A DNA stretch of 58,254 nucleotides, the filler included, from Sphacelaria rigidula (lineage: Eukaryota): NCBI GenBank assembly GCA_964200075.2. It is 7 parts of 7 records of this genome, joined end to end, with 100 filler letters (N's around TTAATTAATTAA, not from the genome) between each part and the next. Parts side by side here need not be neighbours in the genome. Positions count along the whole stretch, not along the records: positions 1 to 8,237 come from CAXNAA020011820.1; positions 8,338 to 16,574 come from CAXNAA020011821.1; 5 more parts are not named here. One strand, written 5' to 3'. The notes beneath the pieces were generated by a model. The model had not been told where the DNA came from. It did not search any database and saw nothing but the letters and a program-made list of their open reading frames with translations. This document shows, in pieces, positions 1-13,000 of the stretch (positions within the stretch are counted from its first letter, which is position 1; each line of letters begins with the position of its first letter). The position numbers and the translations under genes are program-made.

Positions 1-45
1 TGCGAGGGGGATGGGTTGGGGGGGGCGGGTGATGGGGGGGGGGAT

Positions 46-80
<35 letters not shown>

Positions 81-586
81 ATACATCGCGTCATTGTGTG
101 CAAGGCAGATGGAAGTGTTGCGTGCAAGCGGGGACGACTATTTGGGACGTGAGGGTGTGCGCGGTGATGAATGAGCACACGGGACGGCAGCGGCTCGCGC
201 AGCAGGAGGAATACACCGAAACTGCTCGACGAGCAGCGCGATTTTTTGGGGGAATCACAATCAACGTTGTTCTTGAAATATATATTGCACATATATATAT
301 ATATACAATACGTGCATTGTGTAGTCTCCACATTTACAACGGCAAGAAAACGGCGTTGACGTCACAGTCGCCAGCGAGAGGATGCACACGTGGACTCCAC
401 CCTATCTAAAACACTCACAGCTGAACACCACCTAATGGACCACGGTGCCTGCAGTTTGGGGGAGGGATTGACCCATCCACTTGCGCAGAACTGCGCCCTG
501 AGCACCTACGCTCCGTTGCGACTGGACAAAAGAGCAAACACTGCGTGGTGGTGAGTAACACAAGCCAATCACGCGATCCACGTTAC

Positions 587-3500
587 CTTGAGCAGATGCT
601 GATACAACTCCCGATCGTCGATAACTTCCACGTCCAAACGCTCCTCATCTTTTCGCCTCTCCCTGCCTAGAATTTCAACTGTGTCCGTTTCCTCGCCGGT
701 TACGACGTTGTCTGATGGCGGCTCGCCGGCTTCCTTTGTTTTCATGCGTTTGGCGACCTTGCGTCCGAGGAACTCGTCGCTCTGCATATAACGTCAACAA
801 CAACCGCAAGAACATCCATGGTGGATTAGCCGGGCTTTTTTTTTCCTTCATGTGTGTTTGTTCATTTGGAGTCGTGCAGTCAGTTCTGACAAAACGTGCC
901 GAGAGAAGAGAAATGGGCACACTCTGCCGGCGGCAGCAGCTACGGAGAGGTACACTAACGTCATCTTATAGCTCAGGATTTGCATGAAAAAAGTACAGGC
1001 TGGCTTCACCGACAAACACGGGAATCCTTGACAACCATTGTAGAAGCTACAACACCCATCGTTTTGACTACGTCCACCCCATGCGGAAACCCAATACAGT
1101 ACCGTGACACCAAAGTTGTGCCGACAAGTCATGCTCCATGTCTGAGGAATCACACGTTTTGCACTCGAATCCAGTTGTTTCGATTCGATCTGCACCGAAT
1201 GGTGAGTTCCTCATGTTGAAAGAATACGCAGCACAAACATGCATGCACGCAAACACAGATCGTCGCGGATAACGTGATGTTTCCGATCTTCACTAGACCC
1301 CGAACCTCGATCGAGAAAAATCCACCAGCGACATATGGAATACGACATTGTGTAAGCGAATTAGTTCTCCTGTGTGTGTGTGTTTTTTTTATCTCGCTTT
1401 CTCCATACTTGCCCCGGGTGAGCGTTCGAGCATAAAATTCGACACACAAGTTCGGGAGGATGATAGTAGGGATCATGACTGTCGCATGTAATCAATAGGG
1501 CTTTCTATTTTTCAAGTTATCCGACAGTGAGGCCGAGAAGCAGACTTGGTGCCGCCAAATTCTTCACTTCGCAGGGTGCATGAGGAAATCATGTATGTCG
1601 TATGTAAAACACCTCATAAATATCCCCTGGATGAAAGGCGGGTCGCCCCGGTGGCTCAGTTGGTAACCTCGAAACCTTCTCACGGTTGGGACGTGGGTTC
1701 GACTCTCGGTAAGGTTCCACGATCTGGTATTTTCTCTTACATCATGCCCAAAATTGGAGAGTGACCTTGTCATGGGTACACAAAATTCGGCTTCACCGTC
1801 GACGAGGGAAAGGGACCGCTGAACTCCTTTCGCGATAAAAAATTCAAGGCAAGTACTGCAGGAGGTGGAGAACTAAAACAAAACAAGAAATAAATGAGTC
1901 CTGAGTTGACCTTCCTCCTGCGCGAACCCGGCTGATGCGCCCACACATACCGAAAGGTGTAGATTGGTGCGCAGAGTAGATGAGATGACAAAACACCGGC
2001 ACACGGGCGAAAACCACGTGACGTTGTTCCCGTTCTCTGCTCTACGCCACATCCCGAATATATCCGCAGTTCAACGATTGGAGTAGGAGAGATATGCCTG
2101 GAATTAACCCGAAGTGAATAGTTTCACGTTCTTTGGTTCTACCCCAGTTCAAGATTCGATCTTTGACCTGAACGTCAACACACGTACGTGTAAGGGTAAT
2201 ACGACCGCCTCATTACCTTCACCGAAGCAGCTACAGCAATCTATCGCACTCTCTAGTTTCAAGTCATTCAACATGGAGGGAAACTCCACATATGACCGAT
2301 TTCGTCAGCTTGAAAGTCGAGACCTTCACGAACCACCTGCTTTATATATCGTATCTAGAGAGATATAAATATCCCTGTCCAGACAAATGCTTCACATTTC
2401 GAGCCAACACTCGGACGCCAAAACCAAGGAAAGGTTGTCGTGAGTGATCCGTAGTGTCTTACTTGGTGAAACAATATCGTGCACTTCAACCTGACAAAGG
2501 TCAAATTAGTATGAATGCGGTACACGCGCCATTATTGGCACACATGATACACGCAGCTATGAAAAGCAGAATGTCCTCGAAGTTTTACTCCGCGTGATCC
2601 TCGTAACTCTGCATATCCAACATCATATGAAGCAAAGTTGGCGCTACTCACCCAACCTTAAGCGTATGCAGGGCAAGCGGTCGTGCTCCCAATCTACGTG
2701 TTTTTTCTTGACGTCGTAACGGGGGAGAGATGGGTTGATCCCTTGAGACCACGGACTCATCCCGAGGAAGGGGGGGGGTTCAAAATGCGACAAAAAAATG
2801 AAAAAAATAATAAATAATAAATGTGTGTAAATGTTGCACACGTGTACCAGTAGCCTCCGGCGTGCCGCCCAGAATCATAATCCAACCGCACGCGAGGGGC
2901 AGTTGTCAGAAAATAAAACACAGGACACAACGAGAGGCAGAAGCTCACTTGCTTTCGAAAAACGCGTGTGCATCGTCGCATCATTATTTGCATACAAGCC
3001 GCCCCGCCCCAGCAGTCTGAAAACAAGGTGTACGTCATCCGTCAGATAACGTCATACAACTCAACACCCGTGAGCGCAGAGTAAGGGGGATCCATCACTC
3101 AAAACGTGGAGGACATGCTTAGCACTTCTTTTTAGAAAAGTCGACGCGATGCGGGAGTGCTGATCCAATTATCGACATTTCAATGTGAAGAATGTACCGA
3201 GGGAAGAGAGATGTGTTGATCCTTTGAGGCTACAGGCTCATCCCGAGGAAGGGGTGGGGTTGATGGGGATGAGAGTGTGACGAACAAACAAATAAGAAGT
3301 GGTGTACAGAGCTCTCACCTCCGAGGCAGCCATGAACATCTTCCGGTTCGCGCGCTCTCTGTCCGCAAGGCTCGCCGTAACCTGCGCCCACGGCCCCTGA
3401 TTCACCACCTTGAACTTACGCTGTAAGCTTGGGTCAACAAGCTGCGTGCGCTGATGCCATCGCCCGAGAACCTTCTCCCACCAGCCCATACAATTTTTGT

Positions 3501-6500
3501 GGTCCGTCTCCGCTAGCAGCTCGTCGTCCCTTTCCCGTTTTCCTTTCACCGCTCCCCCGCCGTTGCTTGCTTTCGTTGTGCTGGGGTTATCGGTGACACT
3601 GCCATCGCCAGCTGTATTTCTGCTGCCAACACCATGACACTCGCTGTCATCCACCACTCCCCAGCAGGCCATGTGTGACCGGCGAGTTGCGGACAGCTGC
3701 TTGGCGAGACCTTGCGCCGCACCTGCTCCCTCTTCGGCTAGAGCCGTCAGCTCCTCGTCGCCTTCTAAGAATAGTGGCAGCTCATTTGGCCCTGTCGATA
3801 ACACAAAATAAGGCCCTTTGATTCAACATTAGTCGTCATTTATCGGTAAGGCAAGAAAGACGAGACCGGACATCGATTCGGGAGGGGTACGCAAAAGGCG
3901 CAGAGGAAAACGCACAATCCTCAGGATCGACTCCGGTTTCAAGGACAGAAGGACGAACGCGTTCCCTCCTCTCATTTCGGACGGGCAATACAAAACCCCA
4001 AAGCTAGGTGCTATGCTTGATCTCACCTGGTAATCTATTGGCGGCGTTCATCAGGCGTTGTAGCAATATCCTCACCTCCAGCAAGCTATCCCACCATTGT
4101 CGTTGCCTGCGCCATCGAATGTACAGAATTACACAAACACCGAGCAGAGTATACGGCGCGAGGTCAGATGTTGCCACGATACAGTGACAACTCGGCTCAC
4201 AAACCGTCCCTGAGTGCGGGGGTCACAACTTGTGCGCCTATCCCGTTGAACCCTACGACGCAGCACGAGCTCAGGGAAGTATGCCCACGCGATTCCTGTC
4301 AACGTGACGCACGACACAGTTTTTTTAGCATTGTACAAACGTCCATGTGCTGGACAATCAAACCATGTGACATTCCCAACTGTGCTAGCCTTTGGCATGC
4401 AAATATAAACGCACACCAGGCTCCTAATCAGCAACGCCAATAGCACTAAACACGGACTGAATGCACTGGACACGCTGCAGTCACGTGCACACCTGAGTGC
4501 CTCCCTCGCCCGCTTGAGCTCCGCCTGTCCCGCCGCCCCCCTGCCCTTCCTCGCCGTCTGGTCCTGCTTATCTAGCCGGACGATCTGTTCCTCTACCATG
4601 GCGTCCACGGCTCCTTCGTCCCTTACCTCGGCGAACACATTAGCCTGCGTGGCACCTTCAAAACGGCGGTCATCATCATTATCGTCTTGTTCCTGGTCAC
4701 CATCTTCGTCGTCGTCCCCGTCTTGTTCCTCCTCAGACGACGAGGAAATATCGTCCAGGTTAAAAGAGGTCATCGCTCCTGTTTCTCCGGTTTCGCCGTC
4801 GACGCTCGCGTCTGTGTCATTATCCATACCGCTGTCACCCTCCGAAGGCGCAGCTTCTGGGTCTCGCGCATCGCCTTTTGTTGGTGTAGTGGTGAGTGAG
4901 CAGGGTGAGTGTGTTCGGGACCGCGGACACAAAAGCGAACGTTCCGCGAATTCAGGAGTCAGAGGATGGGAAATGATGCGACATGTTCGTAGAGGTAGCA
5001 CAAGCACGCAGGGGAAATGCTTGTTGGCACCGATATTGGGAAGACGTGAATTCGGCATTGCGGGTGCTTCTTCGGTGAAGCCGAACTTGAATAATGAAGA
5101 CGAAGGGTCACAGCCGGACCACATGAACATCGCTGGTGGTAGCGCAGACCGAATGAAAAAATCGATCCACGAACTTCACGCTTGCCCTTCAACACAAAGT
5201 TGCCGAACAGTCACTACGGCCACCGAACACCCCCATTCGTACCAAACCACCGGGAGGCTGAACGCGGCTCATTCGCATGTCCAAATTCCTACTCAAGTCG
5301 CTGGATATGACAAGGAAAGATGTCCAAAGCAACACCGCTGTACCGAGCAGTATCGTGCAGTACTCGATCGAGACTGTTGTAGCTCACCCGCCGTTAGGCC
5401 TAACGTCGCTGCGAGTTTTTTCCGCGAGACTCTCTTCCCGCCGTACTCCTGTCCAATACTCTCCATGTCGGCGGCGACCCGAAGGTCGGCAGACGGCCGT
5501 GAGTCGCGCACATCTTCCTCTTCAAACTCTTCGTAATGCGACAGTCCTGTTTTTACAGTGCAACAGGGTAAAGGGGATGAAGTGGTTTCAACCATTTTAG
5601 TTGAGAGGAGTTTTGCAATCGTCGATTCACATAGCAATGGCGCAAGAGTGCAACAAAGGTTTGTACATGTGAGGTGAAAGCTGTGTTCCATAAGTCGCGT
5701 GAGCTGGCGTTAGATAGGTATAGTTCGAGTCTCCTCCCAGAACTGTGGTTTCGGATGAGCGAACATGGAAATGGCGGGGTAAGCTTTTGAGGGGGCGAGT
5801 GTTCCCAGGACCGGTGGAATTGCTCAGGAACAAGTGTGGTATTCACGTCACCAATCAACACTCTGTTCATGTTCCTGTACCCATCGACTACTAGGCGACT
5901 TGGGTAATCTCGCAGCGAGCCGTGATTCATTATTTCATCAAGACTACTGCAGTATTGTGGGCTGTTCAAGCACACAAGAGAGAAGCTAAGATGACAGTCC
6001 AACTGCCCTTATTGCTCGCCCGTGATCTCCACACGGTGGAGCGCTGATTACAGCAACAAAACAGACACAGGCACAGCGTAGACTGTGTGCAGTGTGGAGC
6101 GATGACACACTGGTCGCTCTTGTATGTAGCCACTTATACATAATTGGTGCATTTCGATAAACGATATGTTCCGGGATTAATACATGCTGTTGCAATCGAC
6201 AGAACTGACGTAGAAAAAGTTGCCCCCGGGGGGTGTTATACACCATCATTTTCTGTCCGCTTGTGACATGTGTGATGAGTGCTTGGTGTATTGTCGCTCG
6301 TGCACTCTGAGTACATGAGGTATCCAACACAGACTCCCTTGTTAGAACATCAGACAGGAAACGTGTCAACGACTTTCTCACCTGCTCCTGTCCCATCATC
6401 GAAGTCGGCAGCAGAATCTGGATCGAACGAGGTGGAAGGGGCTACAGACGTGAGCTCTGCCAGTCGCTCCGACAGACTGGCCTTCCGTTTACTAGACGTC

Positions 6501-6505
6501 GACAT
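587..6505 (-). CDS. AATF: AATF/BFR2 (Che-1/TRAUB) ribosome-biogenesis factor, 6 exons, 3' end off contig
   Basis: GT-AG, phase-compatible exons 6505-6382 (MSTSSKRKASLSERLAELTSVAPSTSFDPD), 5546-5388 (LRVAADMESIGQEYGGKRVSRKKL), 4874-4493 (acidic tract), 4106-4027 (QRQWWDSLLEVRILLQRLMNAANRLP = AATF-Che1 domain), 3791-3319 (KVLGRWHQRTQL..KFKVVNQ) and 781-587 (EVIDDRELYQHLLK = TRAUB domain start). Confidence 0.92.
1644..2004 (+). mobile_element. tRNA-derived SINE, near full length, in AATF intron
   Basis: Pol III A box TGGCTCAGTTGG (1652-1663) and B box GGTTCGACTC (1696-1705). The body matches the copy at 8602-8933 (minus), and its 3' end matches 15540-15625. AC-rich tail. Confidence 0.8.
2721..2785 (+). 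repeat. Short ~65-bp interspersed repeat (also at 3201-3262 +, 8158-8222 -, 50086-50150 +)
   Basis: The core GGGGAGAGATGGGTTGATCCCTTGAGACCACGGACTCATCCCGAGGAAGGGGGGGGTTCAAA recurs four times on two contigs. Confidence 0.85.
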
Positions 6506-7027
6506 GGTTGGTGGACCTTTAGCACGCTGATTGTCGAGTTACAGCAGCGCAGCTGAAGCTGAACAATCCCACCGAAGACCCCTTGCAGACCAGTACAAGA
6601 CGCTCGTTGACAGACACGACGCGCTACTCCCTGCCAGCCAGAAACTGCCCAGGAGGAGGGTGATTTTTACATGTGTTTTTCATGGATATATTTGTTCATC
6701 GCTCAGACCCCTAGTCAAACACACAAGTGCTCCCAGAGCAGCACAGAACCTAAAACCCTCGTTTGGTATCTTACTCGCTTATATCGGTGAATGATTAAGT
6801 GCCATAGATTTGTGCAAATTTATAGTTATGGCACGAAAAAAAATTGCGAGAAAACGTCGTGTTGGAGCGACTGCCACTGCTCGGGTGACTGGTACATGAC
6901 GACATCAAGCGAACTTCGGAGACAAGTTCAAACCAGCCCAGCAGCAAGTTTTAAGTTTCAAGTTTCAAGTCTCGTACCCCATCTGTAGCCTGTCCGTCGC
7001 GTGGCTGGCTGCTTCCACGGGGGTTGA

Positions 7028-7205
7028 ATGCCAAAGACAGCAGCTGACCATCATAAACTACGCCACACTTCTTCATGGCAAATGCCCAACATTTCATGGA
7101 AGGCAAAGGTGGTGATCGGATTGCTGGGTACACTCACACTACTGCAAGTAGTAAACGCAGGGTGGGTGTGGTGGGAACGCAGACGACTGTCGAGCCTCAT
7201 CACAC
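7028..7205 (+). CDS. Putative first exon of a type II membrane protein divergent from AATF
   Basis: ATG at 7028, hydrophobic stretch VVIGLLGTLTLLQVVNAGWVWW, donor-like C|GTGAGT at 7206. It lies 522 bp from the AATF ATG. No family recognised. Confidence 0.4.
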
Positions 7206-8237
7206 GTGAGTTTGCACTCAGGTCCTGTACCATCAACGTAACATACTCTTGTGCCCGTGGTTGCTGTAGAGCTATGTGTATATGTGTAGCGCTCTTGAAC
7301 ACTTGGCTGGTGGTGGGCTGCTACTCTGACCCAGGTTGAACAGTAGACTATGTACCGCACTCCAGTAACGAAGTGCATGTGCATGACAACAGTTGATCCG
7401 ATTATTTTCCTTGCAGTGGGTCAAAGATTGAAGATTACTGCGGGTCAAATGGCTCAACATTGTCAAGTGACCTCTGGTAGCGTCAGCAGTGCATGTGGCC
7501 GTCATGCACTGACGGAGATACAAGCAAACATCGCAGAATAGTACGTGGACAAACAAAGAAAGCACCCTCCTCCCCCCCAACTGTAGAAGAATGCTGCTGC
7601 AAGCCCGCTGTTTGAAGCATTTAGTTCCGCAACCCTCCTGCAAAGTAACCGCCCGTCTCCGAGTTATGCCGCGATACTCGTAGCTTTTCTGTAGACCAAC
7701 CCCAAAACTGTCACGAAGAAAATGGTCATACAGCGCATGATCATGTGATAGCTGGTTTTAGGCGACATGAAGCGCCACATGTGGGCGACATTAATGAAAA
7801 CGATCCCAAGCGTGAGAGTCTCCAGCTGCTCGGTGTGCTCGCCTTTCGTCGCTTCGATTTATATTAGGCTTTGCCTCCCAAACCAGCCACTTTTCTCGGG
7901 GCGGGGTACGTATCGCGGTATCAGTCGTCCGTTCAGGGTTCACATACGCCGACAAAAACCGTCCGCCATCCTGTCAGTGGAGAAGATCTCGGCACTGAGG
8001 GGTGCGGTGGCCTGTCTTACTGTATCATATTATTCAAGAAAATGGCGAGCGAGAAAAAGCGAACCGATTCTGTTCGTTCGGTTTGTGCGGTTTGGGTCCG
8101 CAGGATTTACCGGTATTTCACTAGCCCACAACTTTTTCTTTTTTTTCCCCCTCGCACTTTGAACCCCTCCCCTTCCTCGGGAAGAGTCCGTGGTCTCAAG
8201 GAATCAACCCATCTCTCCCCCGGTACGCGCCTTACAT

Positions 8238-8337
8238 NNNNNNNNNNNNNNNNNNNNNNNNNNNNNNNNNNNNNNNNNNNNTTAATTAATTAANNNNNNN
8301 NNNNNNNNNNNNNNNNNNNNNNNNNNNNNNNNNNNNN
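8238..8337. other. Artificial contig linker (44N-TTAATTAATTAA-44N)
   Basis: 100-bp spacer with six-frame stops. The same linker recurs every ~8336 bp. Confidence 0.98.
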
Positions 8338-8601
8338 AGCCTCATCTCGAAGTTAAACCTCAATTCGCACAATTTGTTGTTATTTCGATAACCGAAATGT
8401 TGGGGTCCTAGGTGAAAAACCGATTTTTTAGGGGAATTTCGGCGATCCGGTCGGATCCCCTACATTCCCCTAAATGGTTTCTTCCTCGAGGACTCCATCA
8501 TTTATTTCGGTTATCGAAATCCAAATTCGCAGGGCATGTAGCAGTTTTCAATAGCTACTAGTAGGTGAAGGAATGAAACCATATTTCGAAGATGTGGTGT
8601 G

Positions 8602-8933
8602 TGTTGTGTGTGTTGTCGTCCCATCTATTCTGGGTGCCGGTCTACACCTTTCGGTATATTATGTGGCCGCACCAGCCGGGGTCACACAGGAGGAAGGTCA
8701 ATACAGGAGCTTTTTTTTCTTTGTTTTTAGTACCCCACGTTCCTTCTGCGGTGCTTGCCTTTATTTTTTATCGCGAGAGGGGTTCAGCAGACCCTTTCTC
8801 TCGTCGACCGTCAAGTCGAATTTTGTGTACCCACGACGTAATCGCTCTCCACTATTGGGCATTGTGTGAGAAAAAATCCCAGATCGCTCCGAGAATTGAA
8901 GCCGCGACCCAACGTCAGAAGGTTTCGAGGTTA
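8602..8933 (-). mobile_element. 5'-truncated copy of the tRNA-derived SINE, nested inside a fold-back MITE
   Basis: Reverse complement aligns with 1664-2004 and ends in an (ACAACAC)-like tail. It is flanked by GGTGTG at 8596-8601 and 8934-8939, and it splits a MITE spanning ~8338-9014. Confidence 0.78.
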
Positions 8934-9291
8934 GGTGTGGATACGAATATTATAATTTTCCTGGTTCTCATCCTCAATGAAAGGCTCCGTCCTCAATTTC
9001 GATGATCGGCTGTTACCTGAATGAACAACCCCAAACGTGGGGGTATTATTCAAAGAATGCGTGTCTCTGCTCACCTCTATCATAGCTCTAAACCATGAGC
9101 TATCGCCGCAGAACTCGAACATCGAACATTATTCGCGTTGTGAATGTGCATATTTTCTCAATGTATGTTGCACGGCGAGGGGAACCCTGTTGTGACTAAA
9201 GGTAACGCAATAAATGGAATTGTCAGTATTTAGGAGGGTATTTTGGCCACCCCGAGAGCGCGCATGTGCCCAGAAAATTCGGTCAAGGCTG

Positions 9292-9936
9292 AACAGCCGA
9301 TCATCATAATTGAGGATGGAGCTTTTCACTGAGGATACAGAAAACCCGGAACGGCGCGCGGAAAGTGCCTGCCCATATATTGTCCCCCCCAAGAGTCCAG
9401 TCCCCAAGGGTCGACATAAAAGGAGCAGTAGAGTGATATTCGAATTATGACGGTCCAGCCGGATCGCTCAAATGATTGTGTCCCCAATACCTGATGGTCG
9501 GGATTGTTTTCTATATAAATGCAGATCAGGACCTGAATTTGAATTCCAAACAGACAAAAGCGCCTTTCGAAACTTGGAGTTCAGGTTTGACCCAGCACAA
9601 ATGCAGCATTATTTTTCAGCGGCCGATTTCGATACGAAGTAAATAAGAACAGTTATGATGAGCGGCGAGTGGAATTAGAAAAAATGGGGAAGAGGGATCA
9701 TGCGGGCTTTCGAGTTTCGGGCGGTCCGTCGGATCAACATAAACTTGAGACAGCTTCAGGACACTTTTGAGTTTCCGGTGGCCGCAGGGTTTCTTTTCGC
9801 CAAACTTGCATTTTTATCCAATAACTACCGAAGTATTTTCGGGGAACACACATATATGGGCACTTTCCGTGCGCCGTTTTGGGGCTTCCTCATCCTCAAC
9901 AAAAAGCTCCACCCTCAATTGTGATGATCGGCTGTT
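9292..9936. mobile_element. MITE with ~110-bp terminal inverted repeats (AACAGCCGATCATC..AATTGAGG family)
   Basis: Left end AACAGCCGATCATCATAATTGAGGATGGAGCTTTT and right end AAAAGCTCCACCCTCAATTGTGATGATCGGCTGTT are inverted copies. Termini match 13547-13991. Confidence 0.8.
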
Positions 9937-10092
9937 GTTTGTTGACTCTGCTGTCACGTTGGGTACAATCCCTCCGAAGCTTCCGAGTGAATTATTCGGA
10001 GAGGTGGCGTTCTGTTCGTATTATTATCGCACACGTTGACGATTTATAGTGCAACCAAGTTCGCCTACACGTTGCCGCCTACATAGACGAAC

Positions 10093-13000
10093 CTGCATTG
10101 TGTCGACGCCTAACGCAATGCAGACATTCTCCAGCGTGAGGCACTTACTGTTTGCCGCCACCATGTCATATTTGTTGGCCAGGATTGCTACCGGCGTCTT
10201 TCCGTTTCGGAATGCTGTACATTCGTTGTAAACATGCGAGTCACAAAAACGAAGAACAAACGCAGAAGACAGACCGTAGGATGGCGACAGCAACGATAAC
10301 AACAGTTATAGTCGACCTCACTCGAGAAAAGAGCCAGGCTGGTGTGGGGTGACGACTAGAGATTGTACTGTTTTTGCCCCTAGCTGAAAAGGACATCCCT
10401 TGATATATGCATGGGCAATGAAAACAAATATATCTGGGCAACGGCAGCATGAATCTACCACTAGAAGATTTTGAATCGACCTTGGTTTGATGTCTGAACG
10501 ATGGAGGTGCCAAGGCGCGTTGTTTTCATCACGCATAATGAGCATTCATGTGCGATGTTTAATTCAATTGGGCCCCAGTTCTTATACCGAATCCCCCTTC
10601 TTCGAAATACCTTTTTGGATATTTAGTCTGTCAGTTTTTGATTGGCAGACGGGCTCTATATCTAACACGAAGGGCAAGCACGGAGATGGCGGACTCCTGA
10701 GGGCGCGCACACGTGAGGTCTTCATACGAATAACCACTAAGGGATGGATCAGGTTCGTATTTCAACTCAAAAGTGGAGCAGCATGTTGCTGTGAGCGTAT
10801 GGGAGGGTAAAGTAAGGGGTCAACTACCTCAGAGCGCACAACATTACCGCGACTCCCCAAGATCCCGTGGAGCTCGTCTCGGGCCACCGCTATCCTTGAC
10901 CTGTCGGTGATGTCCACCACGAAGATCACCCCATGCGCGTGCGATGCATGCGGCCCCCACAAATCACGATATCGACCTTCGCGTGAGATAAACGGAGATT
11001 ACGCGAAGTGACGCTCGTGAAGTGTATCTATTCGCACACCTATAAACATGAGATCATAGCCATCGCGTTGATCGGTTCGATTTTCGCACGGTAACCGATC
11101 GCGACGACTCGAACCGAGGTCACAAACTTGGCGTACCTAAAAGAAGTAAGGTTGACATTCACAACAACAGGGAACTTGGATAATAGAGGAAAATGAAAAC
11201 TAAGGAAAGAGAGGATTGATGGAGTAGAGTGGAAAAACAATGGAAACAGACGCGCAGACACACAACGAAATTAAAAAGAAGTGAAAAAAAGAAGAACGGG
11301 AAAAATATCAGGCCGAACGTCTAGTCTGATCCCAAGCTGGCCCCTGCTAGGGCTTTGGGCAAAGAAAACCAGACGAAAGTCAGTGCCTCGTGAGTAGGTT
11401 GAGACTCAGAAGTCCGGGGTCCGACCGCGCTATCTGGGAAGAATTTCTCATCGGCCGGCTGTACAGGAGCGGGCTCTGGAAGCTGCCACGGTTCAGAGAG
11501 AAAGACAAACAGAGAAGGAAACGGAAAGAAAGGAGACACAAGGGTCTTAAACCCTTGGTCGCGACATTACTGCAGGGGACACTTTTTTTACTGTGTACTA
11601 TTGTGACGTTTCTTGGTATCTGAGGTATAGCATCTGAGCTTGATGTCCCAGAAGATCATGCAAGGTGTGACTTTGCATATTTAACAGTGTTTTCGTGAGA
11701 TTGAGAGTGGATGGTACGATTGAGAGTGAAAAGCGGTCAATTTATGAATGAATCGTTTCAGTTCCGAAATGTACTTCCACGAGGCCCAACATGCCTTCTG
11801 CAATAGCTGGCCACTGAGGCCCGTGATATCCCTGGGTAGGATATCGACGTGTANNNNNNNNNNACTTAAAGCGAATGATCAAAGCCACTCTCAATCGTGT
11901 CATCTACTACTCTCAATCTCACGAAAACACTGTTATTTGCGCTTTACTTGGTTCCTTTCCTGCTTCCCCTGTTCCCGGGTCACGCGTCAAGTTTAATGAA
12001 AGACTAGTGGAATGGATCAGGCTTGATTGGTCACTGTACACCCACGCTATTGCAATTGTTCACGAAGTGTGGTAGCCGAAACGGGAAGTAGGTATTGGCA
12101 ATAATACAAACTGCACACTCCTCCTGCTGCTCTTCGTTTTCTCCTCCCGCACTCTCCGCTTTAAATTAATTGAACCGAAAAGCATACCATTAGTACCTGT
12201 AGAAATTGTAACAGCTGAAGGGAGTGAACCTTTCGAATACCCCCCGAAAAACGTTCAGTATGTACGTACGCCCGCCGTGCCTGCTGACGGTGGCCGTCAT
12301 ATGTAATGAACGTAGACGACTTGAGATCAAGTGGACGTTCGACGCGTCATGCGAGTCATTCTACGATAGGGGGGACTGGGGGGGGGGGGGGTTGATTGCA
12401 CGAGAAACAAGGCTCATAGGTGTGTCAGACGACCTGCCACACTCGCGGTGCGCTTGTATTTGGTCAAAAGCGTAATCAAGCAGTACGAACGAGAGTCATA
12501 TATCTATACCAAGCTCGTTCGAACAAACATTGCTGCTTTTAACGACGATTTGACTTGACCTTCCGTGCAAGAAGTGGTCCATAATACCCCCCCCCTCTAT
12601 CGTAGGATGACTCATTCTGCGAGGCAACCTAAAGCTTCTCACCTTGGCCTGACATATCCCAAGCTAACCAGCGAATATTGCGCCGCCTGAATTCCACAAG
12701 CTGCGCCCCCACGGTGGGCATCGTCCCAAAACTATCGATCGCTACCCCCTTGTTCGCTGCGGTCACGTTGGCTAGATGGCACAATATCGTTGTCTTTCCT
12801 GCATCGACCAGAATGGGCGGGTCGCTGGAGTCAACTTCACCATCGCATAGTGGCTAGAAGGTTGAGGTACATACGACCGCGGGTTCGATTTTTGCAATCA
12901 CTTAATGTGAGATAATCAATCGATCAATCAATCAATCGATCAATCAAGCAATACAGACCCGAACCGCTAACAACGACTACTAAGAAGCATGGAATTAGGC

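Noticed and set aside
1-79. Telomere or G-quadruplex feature
   Set aside because: It is a poly-G low-complexity run at a contig edge, not TTAGGG. Similar runs end other contigs.
1644-1715. Functional tRNA gene
   Set aside because: It has A and B boxes but no convincing acceptor or anticodon stems, and it runs into a repeated SINE body.
4514-5536. 340-aa plus-strand ORF
   Set aside because: It is the antisense shadow of the acidic AATF exons (Ser-rich mirror).
8282-8293. Regularly spaced TTAATTAATTAA as a biological repeat or CRISPR-like array
   Set aside because: It is always embedded in 44+44 Ns. It is a six-frame-stop assembly linker.
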